IMG/VR virus record: IMGVR_UViG_3300042090_002370
Span: 32,001 to 96,000 of that record
Length of the DNA: 64,000 bases
Strand: one strand, 5' to 3'
Origin: a virus
The notes below the pieces were generated by a model, which saw nothing but the letters and a program-made list of their open reading frames with translations, was not told where the DNA came from and did not search any database. Position 1 is the first letter of the stretch. Every line of letters begins with the position of its first letter. Below, piece after piece: positions 35,603-46,400 of the stretch. A program made the translations under genes and the position numbers.

Positions 35603-35898
35603 TCTGCTTTCTTTCCTGCCAGGATAGAAAAGCCGCCTTGCATGTACTCGATGGCTTTGAGTAGGGCGAGCTCAGCGGCGCGGTCGAGTGTGGGCTCGTT
35701 CTGGTCGCAAGTGAGATTCACGACGGCTGTGATTTTCACGTCGCCGAAGTTCTGTGAGGTACCGACATTGAAGCCGACGTTTCCATGAATGGCTCCAGGT
35801 GTTGCGAGCTGAGCGAACTGGTCTTCCTTGAGGACCTCGCGTTTGAGAACCTCAGCCGGCCCGTCGCCCACTTGTACTTCTACGCGCACCTCGTTCAA
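35599..35898 (-). CDS. Hypothetical protein
   Basis: 99 aa, 4-nt overlaps on both sides. Confidence 0.7.
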   Translation of the reverse strand: MNEVRVEVQVGDGPAEVLKREVLKEDQFAQLATPGAIHGNVGFNVGTSQNFGDVKITAVVNLTCDQNEPTLDRAAELALLKAIEYMQGGFSILAGKKAE

Positions 35899-36338
35899 GG
35901 CGTCACCAGCTTAGGTGGCATGTGATAATTCACAATTTCTTTGCGCACGAGGCTCACGACTTCGTCCTTGATCTTACTGTTGGGCATTGTAACGGCGGCG
36001 TCGAAGCGGCCTTTGTCGATGGCGTAAGTTGTTGTATTACTGATAGCGCCGCCCACTTGCAGAAAGAGCTCACGTCCTACTGCATCGTAGAGCGCTTCTG
36101 GATCGTACTTGACCGAGACCTGGTAGGCGTCGAAGGGGCCGCACTTCACCTCTTGTTGCCTCACCGCCTTCTCCGCTTGCTCCAGTTCGGAGTTGTACCG
36201 GTCTACGAGGTGTGCGAACTGTTCGAATACAGCCGCGTTGTCGGCCTTGAACTCCTCGAGTGCTGCTTTGGCGTCGAGAAATCTGAGTACCTCGAGAAAT
36301 TCCTCGGGCGGTTTTGTGACGATGCTCTTCTTCTTCAC
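35895..36338 (-). CDS. Hypothetical protein (N-terminal coiled coil)
   Basis: 147 aa, 4-nt overlaps with neighbours. Confidence 0.7.
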   Translation of the reverse strand: MKKKSIVTKPPEEFLEVLRFLDAKAALEEFKADNAAVFEQFAHLVDRYNSELEQAEKAVRQQEVKCGPFDAYQVSVKYDPEALYDAVGRELFLQVGGAISNTTTYAIDKGRFDAAVTMPNSKIKDEVVSLVRKEIVNYHMPPKLVTP

Positions 36339-37198
36339 TCGGATTCTCTTTCTAGTTCGTGGTGTAACTCGTCTGCTTCGACCTTCTCGCGCTCTGTCGG
36401 GATGACACCGAAGATTGCTTCGAGGTAGCTGTTGTACGTTTGTACGGCCTTGCGAATATCGCCAACGAATCTCTGAAATGGGTTGCCTGGGCCCTTGTCA
36501 GACAGTTGCCGCGCGACGTACGCCGGGTGCAGTGTGGGGACGAAGTAGTAGTAGACCTCATTCTGCTCTACTGGGTTCTGCCACTCCTTGCCGACTTTAC
36601 GTAACCATTGCTGCTTCTTTTCCGTGAGTACAGGTCGATAGCTCGCGCCAGGGATGGCGATCTGGGCAATCTCACCATGGTCACGTGTGATGGTGATACT
36701 GCGGCCGAGGAGCGCTTCGCACGCTGGCCCTCCGAGTCCCACGATGACGATGGGGTCGACCAGGTAGATCTCCTCGAGTAGCCGTGGCCTACACGCGCTC
36801 TTCTGCGGTGGCGTTGGCGGTTCGTCTCTGAACACCGGGTAGGAGATCTTCGTGCGATAGTCCATCCGCATCTGCGGTGAGCCGTCTGCTTGCGTTGCGA
36901 TGGCGCAAGAACGGCAGCAGACAATGTTGGTGATGTAGAAGTCTGTGAGCCCCAGGGTGTCTATGACACGGCGTAGAAGCTGACCGCTACGCCCAATGAA
37001 CGGCTCACCGTGTTGTTCTTCGTCTACACCGGGGCCCTCGCCGATGAACATTACGCTGTGATTGAAGCCGCGGCCGAAGACGAATTTGCCGTCTCGACGG
37101 ATGCGCTCTACGCCGAGATCACACTTGATGCAGGAGGACCAGTCCTCTCTCAGTGTAGCAAGTGACTTCCTGGCGTCTGGTCTAATGTCTTCGGACAC
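36335..37198 (-). CDS. Uracil-DNA glycosylase, family 4 (Fe-S)
   Basis: CIKCDL, IGEGPG, PFIGRSG, TNIVCCR, LHPAY. Likely GTG start at 37198. Confidence 0.88.
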   Translation of the reverse strand: MSEDIRPDARKSLATLREDWSSCIKCDLGVERIRRDGKFVFGRGFNHSVMFIGEGPGVDEEQHGEPFIGRSGQLLRRVIDTLGLTDFYITNIVCCRSCAIATQADGSPQMRMDYRTKISYPVFRDEPPTPPQKSACRPRLLEEIYLVDPIVIVGLGGPACEALLGRSITITRDHGEIAQIAIPGASYRPVLTEKKQQWLRKVGKEWQNPVEQNEVYYYFVPTLHPAYVARQLSDKGPGNPFQRFVGDIRKAVQTYNSYLEAIFGVIPTEREKVEADELHHELERESE

Positions 37199-37772
37199 GC
37201 CGCTGCCTTTCAGCCTCAGCAGCAACATCCTGCGGCGTTGCAGACGTTGTGAGGCCAGTTTGATGCGCCATCGCGTCCTTGCGGTGCTGCTCGTTGAGCT
37301 CCTCTGCGTGCTGGCAGAATGCCCGAAGCGTGGCCTGATCATTTTTGTGCTGCTGACTGAAGACGTAGATGCTGTTCCCTCTTCGGAAGTGCATCATGGT
37401 GGGATGTAGGTTGAAGTCGATACCCCTGATTAGCGGCTGACGTTGTAAGCCCACCTGTGGCATTCTCGTCTCTGGGTCGACGAGCGGTTTGCCATCGGGA
37501 CCCGTGATAGCCACACGCGTTTCTTGTACACCGAAGAAATAGGTAGGAAAGAGCGTGAGGATGTCGGCCATCATGATGGCCTGCGCTGAGACCGCTTGCT
37601 TCGGCGGGTCATTCAGGCCCTTGGGCGCGTATGGATCTCTGAAGTCGAGTTGGTATACGCGGCCCAGGTAAGTCGCTGGCCCGTCCTGGATGCGTATCCA
37701 CGTCCCGTTCTTCGGGTCGGTTATTGGCTCGCCTTCGGCGTGTCCGTGAACATTTTCGGTGTCGTTTGACAT
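37182..37772 (-). CDS. Hypothetical protein
   Basis: GGAG RBS; 196 aa in the operon. Confidence 0.7.
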   Translation of the reverse strand: MSNDTENVHGHAEGEPITDPKNGTWIRIQDGPATYLGRVYQLDFRDPYAPKGLNDPPKQAVSAQAIMMADILTLFPTYFFGVQETRVAITGPDGKPLVDPETRMPQVGLQRQPLIRGIDFNLHPTMMHFRRGNSIYVFSQQHKNDQATLRAFCQHAEELNEQHRKDAMAHQTGLTTSATPQDVAAEAERQRRVRRH

Positions 37773-39487
37773 GCTCGTCTCCCAACAATGTGTCCGATGT
37801 TTTCATAGGTGAGTGGACCGTCTTGGTCGGCGGGCCAGCTCAGCAGGTGCGAACGTAGCTTCTGGCACATTCCGATGAAGGGGCCAATATCGTCCTCGAG
37901 GAAAACGACGATGGGTTCCTTCTTGCCGCCCTTCTTCCTGAGTATGCGGCCCATAAGCTGCTGCAGTGCGTTGGCGCTCGAGAGCGGCTCGTTTACGATG
38001 ATGGTGTCGAGCGCGCGTTCGTTGAGGCCCTCTTTGCCGTACTTCATGATGGCGAAGGTGACCTTTTTCTCGCGTAGCATCTTTGCTCGTTGGTCTGGCT
38101 TGACCTTGTAGATCATGAGGCCGGCGTCGCTCTGCTGAGCGAGAAGCGTCTTGAGGTACTTGCTACGGGCCTTATTCCACAAGGCCTCGCACTTCTTGTA
38201 GACGCGATGACCATATAGCAGCTGGTTGAGCTGCGCTTTCTTGATGAGCTCACCCTGCAGAGCGGCGCTGTGGCTCGTACCGGAGAGCTTTTGGATGTGC
38301 CCGATGCAGACGCCGAGCTGTTTCTGGATCTTTTGAAGAGAACTCGGGTCGAGCTCGGAAGGCGGTGTCGTCTCGCCAACGTCCTGGGCGGAGGGAAATG
38401 GAATGTCCGTGATGAGTGTCTGCCCTTTGTTGTTCCATGCAGCGAGGAGGTTCACGAGTGCGTCTACGCTCTTGGATAGAACCAGCACTTTCCGGTCGTT
38501 GGCTACTGCTTGGCGAATCTCACTTAGCACGAAGTCGATGCGCTTCGGCCATGCACCAAGAAAGCTCGCAATCTTGCCGATGTGTAGCTCACCATTCTTG
38601 TCACGTGCAGCGGCCTGTACGCGTGGGTCGCTTGTGTCGAGGCCCATTCCTGTCCAGACAAAGTAGAACTTAGGCTTCAGGTCCTGCCGTAGGTTCTTGT
38701 AGATGACTGGGCCTAGATGAAAGTTGTAGATGACGTGGTAGCCATCTTCGCGATCGGGGGTGGCTGTCAGGGCTAGCCTGTAACCGTAGAAAAGGTCGGC
38801 GGTACGCGCGAAGGTCGGAGCTGCGATGTGATGCCCCTCGTCCCATATGATGGTTCCGAACCATCGACGCGCCTCTTCTGGAAACAGATGGGCCTTTGCA
38901 GCCAGCGTGTGGTACGTCGCGATAACTACAGGCTTCTTCCAATCAAAGTGCTCGCCCTGTATCAGCCCGATGCCATCAGGTACCTCAAGGCAGTCGGCTA
39001 TCTCTTCGCGCCACTGGCGTATGAGCTCGGTTGTATCGAGGATAATAAGAAGAGGGACGCCGCGGCGCGCGGCGAAGTCCAGGGCAACAACAGTCTTCCC
39101 GCCACCGCAGCGAAGTTGGAGCACTCCCCCCCGTGAGGAGAGGAGTGCATTCATGGCCTCTTGCTGCGTGCGTTCGCCTGTGGGTACGAGTTGTCCGTTC
39201 TCTACTGTATGGTCGAGCTTTACCTTGCTCCGGATGTCCACTTTCGTGTAGTGCTGTGGCCGGCAGTCAATGACTGGGAATGCGTAGTCCTCTGGCTTCC
39301 AGAACTCTCGAGGTAGCAGTAGATGGTGCTCAGTCTCTCGGTAGAGTGTGAGGAGCGTAACCGCCTGCCTGTCGAAGAACTCAAATGTCAGCGCGTTCTT
39401 AGTGCCTTGTACATTTATCGCGCTCTTCGGACACCAGAGCATTGTATCGAGATACCCGACGTCAGGGCGGCGGACTAGCAGTTGCAT
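37721..39487 (-). CDS. Superfamily 2 DNA helicase (UvsW/ResIII-like)
   Basis: QQEA, GGGKT, DEGHH, LTATPDR, EGLN, QLMGRILR. Confidence 0.88.
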   Translation of the reverse strand: MQLLVRRPDVGYLDTMLWCPKSAINVQGTKNALTFEFFDRQAVTLLTLYRETEHHLLLPREFWKPEDYAFPVIDCRPQHYTKVDIRSKVKLDHTVENGQLVPTGERTQQEAMNALLSSRGGVLQLRCGGGKTVVALDFAARRGVPLLIILDTTELIRQWREEIADCLEVPDGIGLIQGEHFDWKKPVVIATYHTLAAKAHLFPEEARRWFGTIIWDEGHHIAAPTFARTADLFYGYRLALTATPDREDGYHVIYNFHLGPVIYKNLRQDLKPKFYFVWTGMGLDTSDPRVQAAARDKNGELHIGKIASFLGAWPKRIDFVLSEIRQAVANDRKVLVLSKSVDALVNLLAAWNNKGQTLITDIPFPSAQDVGETTPPSELDPSSLQKIQKQLGVCIGHIQKLSGTSHSAALQGELIKKAQLNQLLYGHRVYKKCEALWNKARSKYLKTLLAQQSDAGLMIYKVKPDQRAKMLREKKVTFAIMKYGKEGLNERALDTIIVNEPLSSANALQQLMGRILRKKGGKKEPIVVFLEDDIGPFIGMCQKLRSHLLSWPADQDGPLTYENIGHIVGRRACQTTPKMFTDTPKASQ

Positions 39488-39490
39488 CCT

Positions 39491-40111
39491 CTACTCCCTT
39501 CTTTCTTCCGGCTTCTTCTCTGGTACGGCCGCCTTCATGACATGCGTGTCGAACCAGTGCGCTGCAACGTGGCCTATGGCTTTGCCGAGGCCTCGTAAAA
39601 GTTGCCTGATGAGCGGCGACCACCAAGACTCACCGGGATGCCTCAGCTCCTCCGCAGACAGGAATGGTGGTACGGCGTAGGTTGAGGCCCATGTTGGGTA
39701 TGGGTGCTGTGGGTAAGGCACACCGTACTGAGAGCCTATAGCAGCTACCCGTTCAGCCTCCACTCTGCGGACGTACTCACCAAAGTTGGATGCCGGTGCT
39801 GGTGGGGAGTACGGGCGCGAGAATGGTTGTGGTGCAGGTTGTGGTGCAGCCTGCGCTTCGGGTGGTGGCGTAACTATAGGCGGTCTAAAGAGGTTCTGTG
39901 CGGGGATGACGCTACTAAGCGTCGCCGCGACACGGCTGCCGCAGGAGTTGAAGTAGTTACACTGATAGCGCACGTTCTTCCCGTTGTCGGGATTGACGTA
40001 GTTTGCGTCGGGCCCGCCTGCGCACGCGGGATGGTTCCTGTTCCAGAGCTTCGGGTTGCCGAAGCAGTCGGGCGGTGCTTCTCGATTGGTCACGGTGACC
40101 GGTACGTTCAT
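39491..40111 (-). CDS. Hypothetical protein, Cys-rich N-terminus and Pro-rich middle
   Basis: GGAGG RBS; CFG...CAGG...C...C; first gene after P4. Confidence 0.7.
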   Translation of the reverse strand: MNVPVTVTNREAPPDCFGNPKLWNRNHPACAGGPDANYVNPDNGKNVRYQCNYFNSCGSRVAATLSSVIPAQNLFRPPIVTPPPEAQAAPQPAPQPFSRPYSPPAPASNFGEYVRRVEAERVAAIGSQYGVPYPQHPYPTWASTYAVPPFLSAEELRHPGESWWSPLIRQLLRGLGKAIGHVAAHWFDTHVMKAAVPEKKPEERRE

Positions 40112-40147
40112 GCAGACCTCCGTATACTACTGGTGGCGATTCTAGTT

Positions 40148-40156
40148 CTTATCCCG
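40148..40156 (-). promoter_or_regulatory. Phage-specific promoter motif P4 (CGGGATAAG)
   Basis: SGGRATAAG copy 36 nt upstream of ATG 40111. Confidence 0.75.
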
Positions 40157-40181
40157 CTTTTCGTGCGCCATTGGCGCGGTG

Positions 40182-40187
40182 TAAGAT
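40182..40187 (+). promoter_or_regulatory. -10 box TAAGAT, leaderless
   Basis: 7 nt upstream of ATG 40195; no SD. Confidence 0.55.
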
Positions 40188-40194
40188 AGACCGC

Positions 40195-41697
40195 ATGCAA
40201 ACTAGCGGCCTGATTCTAGACGTGTATGATGACATCGACGGATCTGTGCTGCGGTCGGTCTACCCGACACGCGAGAGTATTCCGCAGACAGTGAAGGAGG
40301 CACACGTACTGAGCTACGAGGAGCGACGCACGCTGCCTGATGACGTATTCGCGCTCATTCTTCTGAACAATGGGGAGTCTCTGCGCAAGTACGCATGCAT
40401 CGACGCAGGAGGAACAGCGCTCGCTGTGGAGTACTTCCTCAAGACGGCCTACAAACTTCCGGTCGAGGCGCAGAAGACCGCTGCAGAGAATCTCTGCACG
40501 GCCTGCGGCTGGTACGATGTCGAGGCCCCCGAGCAGCTACAGAAAATGGCGGGCATTATCAGCGGCGCATTTGGCCTGGCCACGGCTGTGCCGACCGTGA
40601 CCGGAACGGCACGCGAAATCAAAAACAACCTGGCGAACGTTCGTCAGGGAGAGGCTATGGGGGCCAACATTGTGGTTCCAGGCGGCGCGCCTGGAATGCC
40701 GAAAGTTGCTGAGGCGAGTGGGACAGCTCTCCTACCGAATCAGCCTACGCTCGGTCTCCCTTCGGCATCGAAGACCGTCATTCAGAAGACCGCACGCCTC
40801 GGTCGGCTTGTGGCATCCGAGCGCTCTCACCATGGTGGTGAGCAGGCGGTCGAGCCGGATGTCGTTCACCCGCCTACACACGAGCAGAAGGGCAAGCTCC
40901 CGCAGGCCGGACACCTACGCCCTACTTGCGACGTAACGAACTTCGAGGCGCCGGCTCGAATGCATGAGAAGAAGGGTAGCGTCTTTGCGCTTCCTTCTGA
41001 GGGCAAGTACCCGCTCGACACCTACGATCAGGTGAAGACCGCGAATCATTGGTACTCCCAATACGCCAACCACCTGACGCCGGACAAGCGCCGTGAGTTC
41101 GCCACCAACTTCATGAAGCGTGCGAGCGAGCTCGACATCAGGACGGACAACTACGACCTGAAGCGCTACGGATCGAACACGCCGGCATCCGAGGCTGAGA
41201 TCAAGGCAGCCTTCGACGCCAGGCGGCTTGAAGTTGCGCACAACGACGCGGCGCTCCAGCTCCTTGGAGAAGTCGAGAAGGTGGCCCGTACACGCATCTG
41301 GCGGGACGCAGGCACCATCGTCGAGCTCTCACCAGAGCAGATCTGCGGAGTCGTCGAAGAGTTCGACAAGGTCGCCGGACTCAACCATCGCTACGATGTC
41401 GTTCCCGACCCGTACTATACGATGTTCGGTGTGGAGAAGAACGCAGATGGAAAGAAAGACAACAACGACCCGGCATGGAGCGATCAGATCGCTAACGATT
41501 GTGTTACGAGCGCTGATTTGCATCGGCTCGCTCAGATCGGCGCTCTCAGCGTGAAGACTACGTTCGGCAATGATTTTCAGGAGGAATTCCTCAAAGACCC
41601 AGTAGGGATGTACGAGAGCCTGCCTCGCACGCAGAAGAAGATGTTGATGCGTATGGCGAACAGCACCCAGCCTGGAGTAGAACGTACCTACTTCTAG
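40195..41697 (+). CDS. Putative head / internal virion protein, K-x-A rich
   Basis: First gene of the portal operon; 13 of 29 Lys are in K-x-A. Confidence 0.6.
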   Translation: MQTSGLILDVYDDIDGSVLRSVYPTRESIPQTVKEAHVLSYEERRTLPDDVFALILLNNGESLRKYACIDAGGTALAVEYFLKTAYKLPVEAQKTAAENLCTACGWYDVEAPEQLQKMAGIISGAFGLATAVPTVTGTAREIKNNLANVRQGEAMGANIVVPGGAPGMPKVAEASGTALLPNQPTLGLPSASKTVIQKTARLGRLVASERSHHGGEQAVEPDVVHPPTHEQKGKLPQAGHLRPTCDVTNFEAPARMHEKKGSVFALPSEGKYPLDTYDQVKTANHWYSQYANHLTPDKRREFATNFMKRASELDIRTDNYDLKRYGSNTPASEAEIKAAFDARRLEVAHNDAALQLLGEVEKVARTRIWRDAGTIVELSPEQICGVVEEFDKVAGLNHRYDVVPDPYYTMFGVEKNADGKKDNNDPAWSDQIANDCVTSADLHRLAQIGALSVKTTFGNDFQEEFLKDPVGMYESLPRTQKKMLMRMANSTQPGVERTYF

Positions 41698-41705
41698 GAG
41701 GCGGC

Positions 41706-42491
41706 GTGTCGACTCTGGATAATGACCAAGCCTTCCTCGAGGCCCTTGAGAGTATCGGTGACAAGAAGAAGCTGCCGAAGATCGAAGGCGACCCCACAGT
41801 CATCGTTGAGGAGGGAAGTACAGATGCGCCGTCTGTTACCACGACTGTTCAGGCGCCCCCCGAGAACGTGACGGCGAAGAATATCTGGCGTCATCCAGAT
41901 GCGCACCCTATTGCGCTCGATTTCTTCCTTCTGCGTAGGTACGGCCATAGTTGGCTTGAATGGGAACCGGAGACCCTGCAGACGCTCATCCCAGAGGATT
42001 TCGGCACGCCGCTCCTCAGTGACCTCAACCTCTCGAAGCTACAGGCCTGTAAGACGCTGCATCTCGTCGATACATTCTGGCAGCAGTGGGAGATCTTCGT
42101 TGCCTGCCTGCGCCCCTTCAACAATGAGTTCCCCGACTTCGCCGTGATGCCCGCCCCCACAGTTGCAGAGGTATTGGTGGCATGTGACGTGGCAGCCCGT
42201 ATACGTGACGACGTGGCGTGGTCTACGGAGATGAAGGAGTACGTCAAGGTTGTCTACAAGCACGACGGGATCTTCCTACCGCTACCGCCTGCGGACTTCA
42301 TCACGCTTGAGGCGCCCGAGGAGATTGATCAGAAGCAACTCGCGGTGCGGTGGAATGAGGTACGCTCTACCGACAAGCCACCTGTTGGCGAGACGCACAT
42401 GGACGAGCAACTACGGCGGCTACTGACTGCGAATGACATTCTCGAGGAGAGCCGTGCGCGTCTACAGCGGCAGCTGAATCTACATGCTTGA
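41706..42491 (+). CDS. Hypothetical protein (portal operon)
   Basis: AGGAGG RBS, GTG start, acidic helical protein. Confidence 0.7.
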   Translation: MSTLDNDQAFLEALESIGDKKKLPKIEGDPTVIVEEGSTDAPSVTTTVQAPPENVTAKNIWRHPDAHPIALDFFLLRRYGHSWLEWEPETLQTLIPEDFGTPLLSDLNLSKLQACKTLHLVDTFWQQWEIFVACLRPFNNEFPDFAVMPAPTVAEVLVACDVAARIRDDVAWSTEMKEYVKVVYKHDGIFLPLPPADFITLEAPEEIDQKQLAVRWNEVRSTDKPPVGETHMDEQLRRLLTANDILEESRARLQRQLNLHA

Positions 42492-43485
42492 GGCTACAAT
42501 CCACGCTTTCCGCGATGAGCTCCGTAAAGAGGCGACAACGCCGCTACTTGGGGCTCCGGGGCTGCTGCAACGGGCCAAACCAGTGTTACAGCGGGCAGGC
42601 GCACTCGGGGGCGTCGGTGCTCTCGGGGGGGCGGCTATTGGCGCTGGCCTAGGGGGTGCAAAGGGATACCGCGAGGCACGCGCAGAAGGGGCTGGAGTGG
42701 GCGGCGCAGCGTTACATGGGCTCCTCGGCGCCGGTGGCGGGGCTATACGCGGCGCCGGTTACGGCGCCCTGGCCGGAGCAGGTGCGGGCGCTTTTTCGAA
42801 GCTGGACACTAGCAAGCTCACTGCCGGTGAGGGCCTAATTCACAGCGCAGCCCGTTCTGGGCAGCGGCAGGTACACGCTCTCACAGGAATGCTAACGCCA
42901 GGTGAGCTTGAGGGGGTCCGCGGCGGTGCGTTTGACGCCAGGAAAGCGTTGGAGACCGCCAGGGGATTACCGCATGAAGCTAAAGCTCAAAAGGCCTTCA
43001 CGGCTGCTGACACGGCTCAGCACATGGGGCTTACCAGCGTTCCTGGCTATCTGAGAGCATTGAAAGACCGGCCAGTTAGTGAGGTTCTCGGTGCCAGCGC
43101 AAGGGAGCAGTATCACGGCATGCACCCTGCGCTGGGGGCGGTTATGGTTGGTCTGCCGGCCGCATCGGCAGTAGGTACACTTGCTAATAAGGAGAGCCCT
43201 ACCGGGCCAGGTAAGGGTGAGGAGCTCGGTCGTAATTTAGGTGGGGCTGTTGGTGGCGTAATGGGTGGGATGATGCCGGTGGGCGGCGCTGAGGTGATGA
43301 ATCGTCTGGGCACGGGCGCTGGCGCCGGCGTCGGCCGCGTCATCGATCGTATCCGTGGGCGCAAGCCTCTAGTCAATGACCTAGGCAACCCCAGCACGCT
43401 CGAACCTACCGAGTCGCAGAACACACCCAGTGAGCGCGTTACGAGCCCCTCAGCGGCAGGTGGGCAGAAAGATATAGGGCTGTGA
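42484..43485 (+). CDS. Gly/Ala-rich putative internal virion (ejection) protein
   Basis: N-terminal AFRDELRKEA motif; glycine-zipper hydrophobic segments. Confidence 0.55.
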   Translation: MLEATIHAFRDELRKEATTPLLGAPGLLQRAKPVLQRAGALGGVGALGGAAIGAGLGGAKGYREARAEGAGVGGAALHGLLGAGGGAIRGAGYGALAGAGAGAFSKLDTSKLTAGEGLIHSAARSGQRQVHALTGMLTPGELEGVRGGAFDARKALETARGLPHEAKAQKAFTAADTAQHMGLTSVPGYLRALKDRPVSEVLGASAREQYHGMHPALGAVMVGLPAASAVGTLANKESPTGPGKGEELGRNLGGAVGGVMGGMMPVGGAEVMNRLGTGAGAGVGRVIDRIRGRKPLVNDLGNPSTLEPTESQNTPSERVTSPSAAGGQKDIGL

Positions 43486-43486
43486 A

Positions 43487-46400
43487 ATGAGCTTCGTTGG
43501 ACCCGGTGGCGCAGTCGCTTCAGGCCCGGCTTCTGGCCTGCGGTTCGCGCAGTCGCGTGGGCGTATCCAGGGCTCCAATGTTACGGGCGTCAATTATCCG
43601 TCTCCGTTCTTCGATGTCGCCCACACCTACTTGCCCGTCACCGTCAAGGCGATGTTCAAATGGTGCCGCTATTACTTCCTCACGAATCCGCTCATCAATG
43701 CGGTAGTCTTCAAGTTGTCGGAGTACCCGGTCACCGACATCATCATTGACCATCCGTCGAATGAGGTGAAGAGGCGCTGGACCGACTACTTTCAAGACCA
43801 CCTTCGCTGGCAGCCATTTCGTGTAGAGGCCGGTCTCGATTACTTCGCATACGGTAACGGTTGTATCAGTCTAGGCTTCCCGTTCAAGAAGTATCTCTAC
43901 TGTAAGAACTGCGCGTTCCGGGATGAAGCGGGGAAGATTCGAGCGCAGTGGATCTTTACGAGCTTTCAGTTCCGCCTGACGTGCCCAAAGTGTGGCTACG
44001 TCGGCGACGCGCTCGCGAAGGACTTCTATTACAAGAATGCGAGCGGCATCAAGACCATCCGCTGGAATCCTGAAGACATCGAGATTACGTACAACGACAT
44101 CTCTGGGGAGTACACGTACTTCTACACCATCCCTGCAACGGTGCGTAATGACATTGTCATTGGCAGGAAGGACATTGTCGAAGGCGTGCCGCAGGTCTTC
44201 ATCCAAGCGATGCGTGAGCAGAAGGGTGTCATCTTCTCGAAGGACAACTTCTTCCACATGCGTAGGCCTACGTTGGCTACGCAGGACCGCGGTTGGGGCA
44301 CGCCACTTCTTCTGCCTGTTCTGAAGGACACGTTCTACCTCCAGGTCATGAAGAAGGCGCAGGAGGCCATCCTCCTCGAGCACATCGTTCCGTTGAGAGT
44401 TTTGTTTCCACAAGCCGGAAGCGGATCTAGCGACCCCTACTGCGTTTCGCCAGAGACTCTGGTCGAAACACCTTCTGGTTTGCTGCCGGCAGCAGAGGTT
44501 CGCGAGGGCGAGTTCCTTCGCAGCCACACGGGTGCGTGGCGACGCGTCGAGTACCAGAAGCGCCGTCAGATCAAGCCGGCCGAGAAGGTGTTCAAGTTCC
44601 AGATCGCCTCCCTTCCGGCCTTTCCGTTCGCGGTTTCGGAAGATCATCCGATCTTGGCGGTGCCTCGCGTATCCCGCAAGAAGCCGCGCGCTGGTCTGGT
44701 CGACCCGACTTTCATCGAAGCGAAAGCGCTCAAGAAGGGTGACTACGTTGCCTATCCCATCAAGCGCCAGATCCGTCGGGGTCAGATGCTCGATCTGGCA
44801 GACTACGTGACTGAGCGCGCAGCAACCGACAGCTGGGTCTACCGCCGGCTATCGCAGAGTGCTGCGGAAGCATACGAGTGGCTCGAGCAGAACGCAGATC
44901 CCGTGCACGCCTGGGGCGAACGGAAGAAGCTCCTGGAAGAGAAGGGATGGTCGGAGGCAGACTACGCTACTGCAGCAGCTGCGCGCCGCGAGCCTAAGGT
45001 AGATCGCGTGAGCCGCTTTCTGCCGATGTGCCCTGCTCTGGGTTCACTCATTGGCTACTACCTGTCCGAGGGATCGTACGGTGGTTCCACGGTTTCTTTC
45101 TCGCTGCACCTCGAGGAGAAGGACTTCGCAGAGCTCATTGAAAGCGCTGTGAAGAGGCTCGGGTTCCGTGGCGTGTCGCACTACGAGCGCCCAGAGCAAC
45201 ACGGTCGAACTGTTGTCATTGAGGATGTGATCCTATCCGAGCTGTTGGTCTCCATGTGCGGCTCCGGCTTTGCCGAGAAGCGCATCCCAGACGTTGTGTC
45301 GGAGGCTAGTGACGTCATCGTCCTGGATATGCTCCGTGCGCTGTTCAACGGAGATGGCTGTGACTTCAAGACAACCACAGATCGCGTCGGGTTGAAACTT
45401 GCGAACCCCTCGATGATCATGGAGGCGCGTCGACTCCTGCTCTCGTTCGGTCTCATCGGAGGCGTGGTCAAAGAGGAACCTACTGCCACCACGAAGTTCC
45501 GAACGACGAGTTACCAGCTGAACTACAACGGCCACGCCGCATATAAGCTACGGCACTTGTTCGGTAGGCCTGGGGGCTTTGACTGGCAGGAGCTGCCGCA
45601 GAAGAGCGGCCTCGTGCGTGGTGACTACGTGCTCTTGCGGATCGATGCCGTGCACGAAGTTGCCGATGTTCCCGAGGTCATCGGCTTTCAAATGGCGGAG
45701 GACAAGAGCTTCTGTGTCGCCGGTGTCGCGACACACAACACGACGATCAATCTCATCGACTGGCGTGACCAGGTCGCCGCTGAGATCGCCCGCTGGCGTT
45801 ATGACAACAACTACATACCCATCATGCCGTTGCCGCTAGGCAACCAGACCATTGGTGGTGACGGTCGTGCGCTCATGCTCACGCAGGAGATCACGACTTG
45901 GAGCGACCAGATTCTTAATGGCATGGGAGTGCCCGTGGAATTCATACGCGGCGGCCTTTCCTACGCCGGGACTAACGTCTCCATGCGCATGATGGAGAAC
46001 ATGTTCCTTGGGTACATCTCGAGGCAGAAGGCCCTCGCCAAGTTCGTAATGAAGCAGGTCTCTAGCTTCCTTGGTTGGCCGGAGGCGAACATTCGCTTCA
46101 AGCCATTCAAGATGGCCGACGATCTGCAGCGGAAGGCCTACTTGTTCCAGTTGAATCAGGCGAACAAGGTGAGCGACACGACGCTGCTAGCGGACAGTGA
46201 CCTCGACCAGGACGAAGAGAACGAGATTATGATTCGCGAGACGGACAAGCGAATCGAGGCGACGAAGAAACAGCAGCTGGCCATGGCCCGCATTCAGGGT
46301 GAGGCGCAGCAGATCATGATGAAGTTCCAGACTAAGGCACAGCAGGATGCGCAGCAGGCTATGGGCGCCCCCGCTGCGCCAGGCGAGCCTGGGGGTATAG

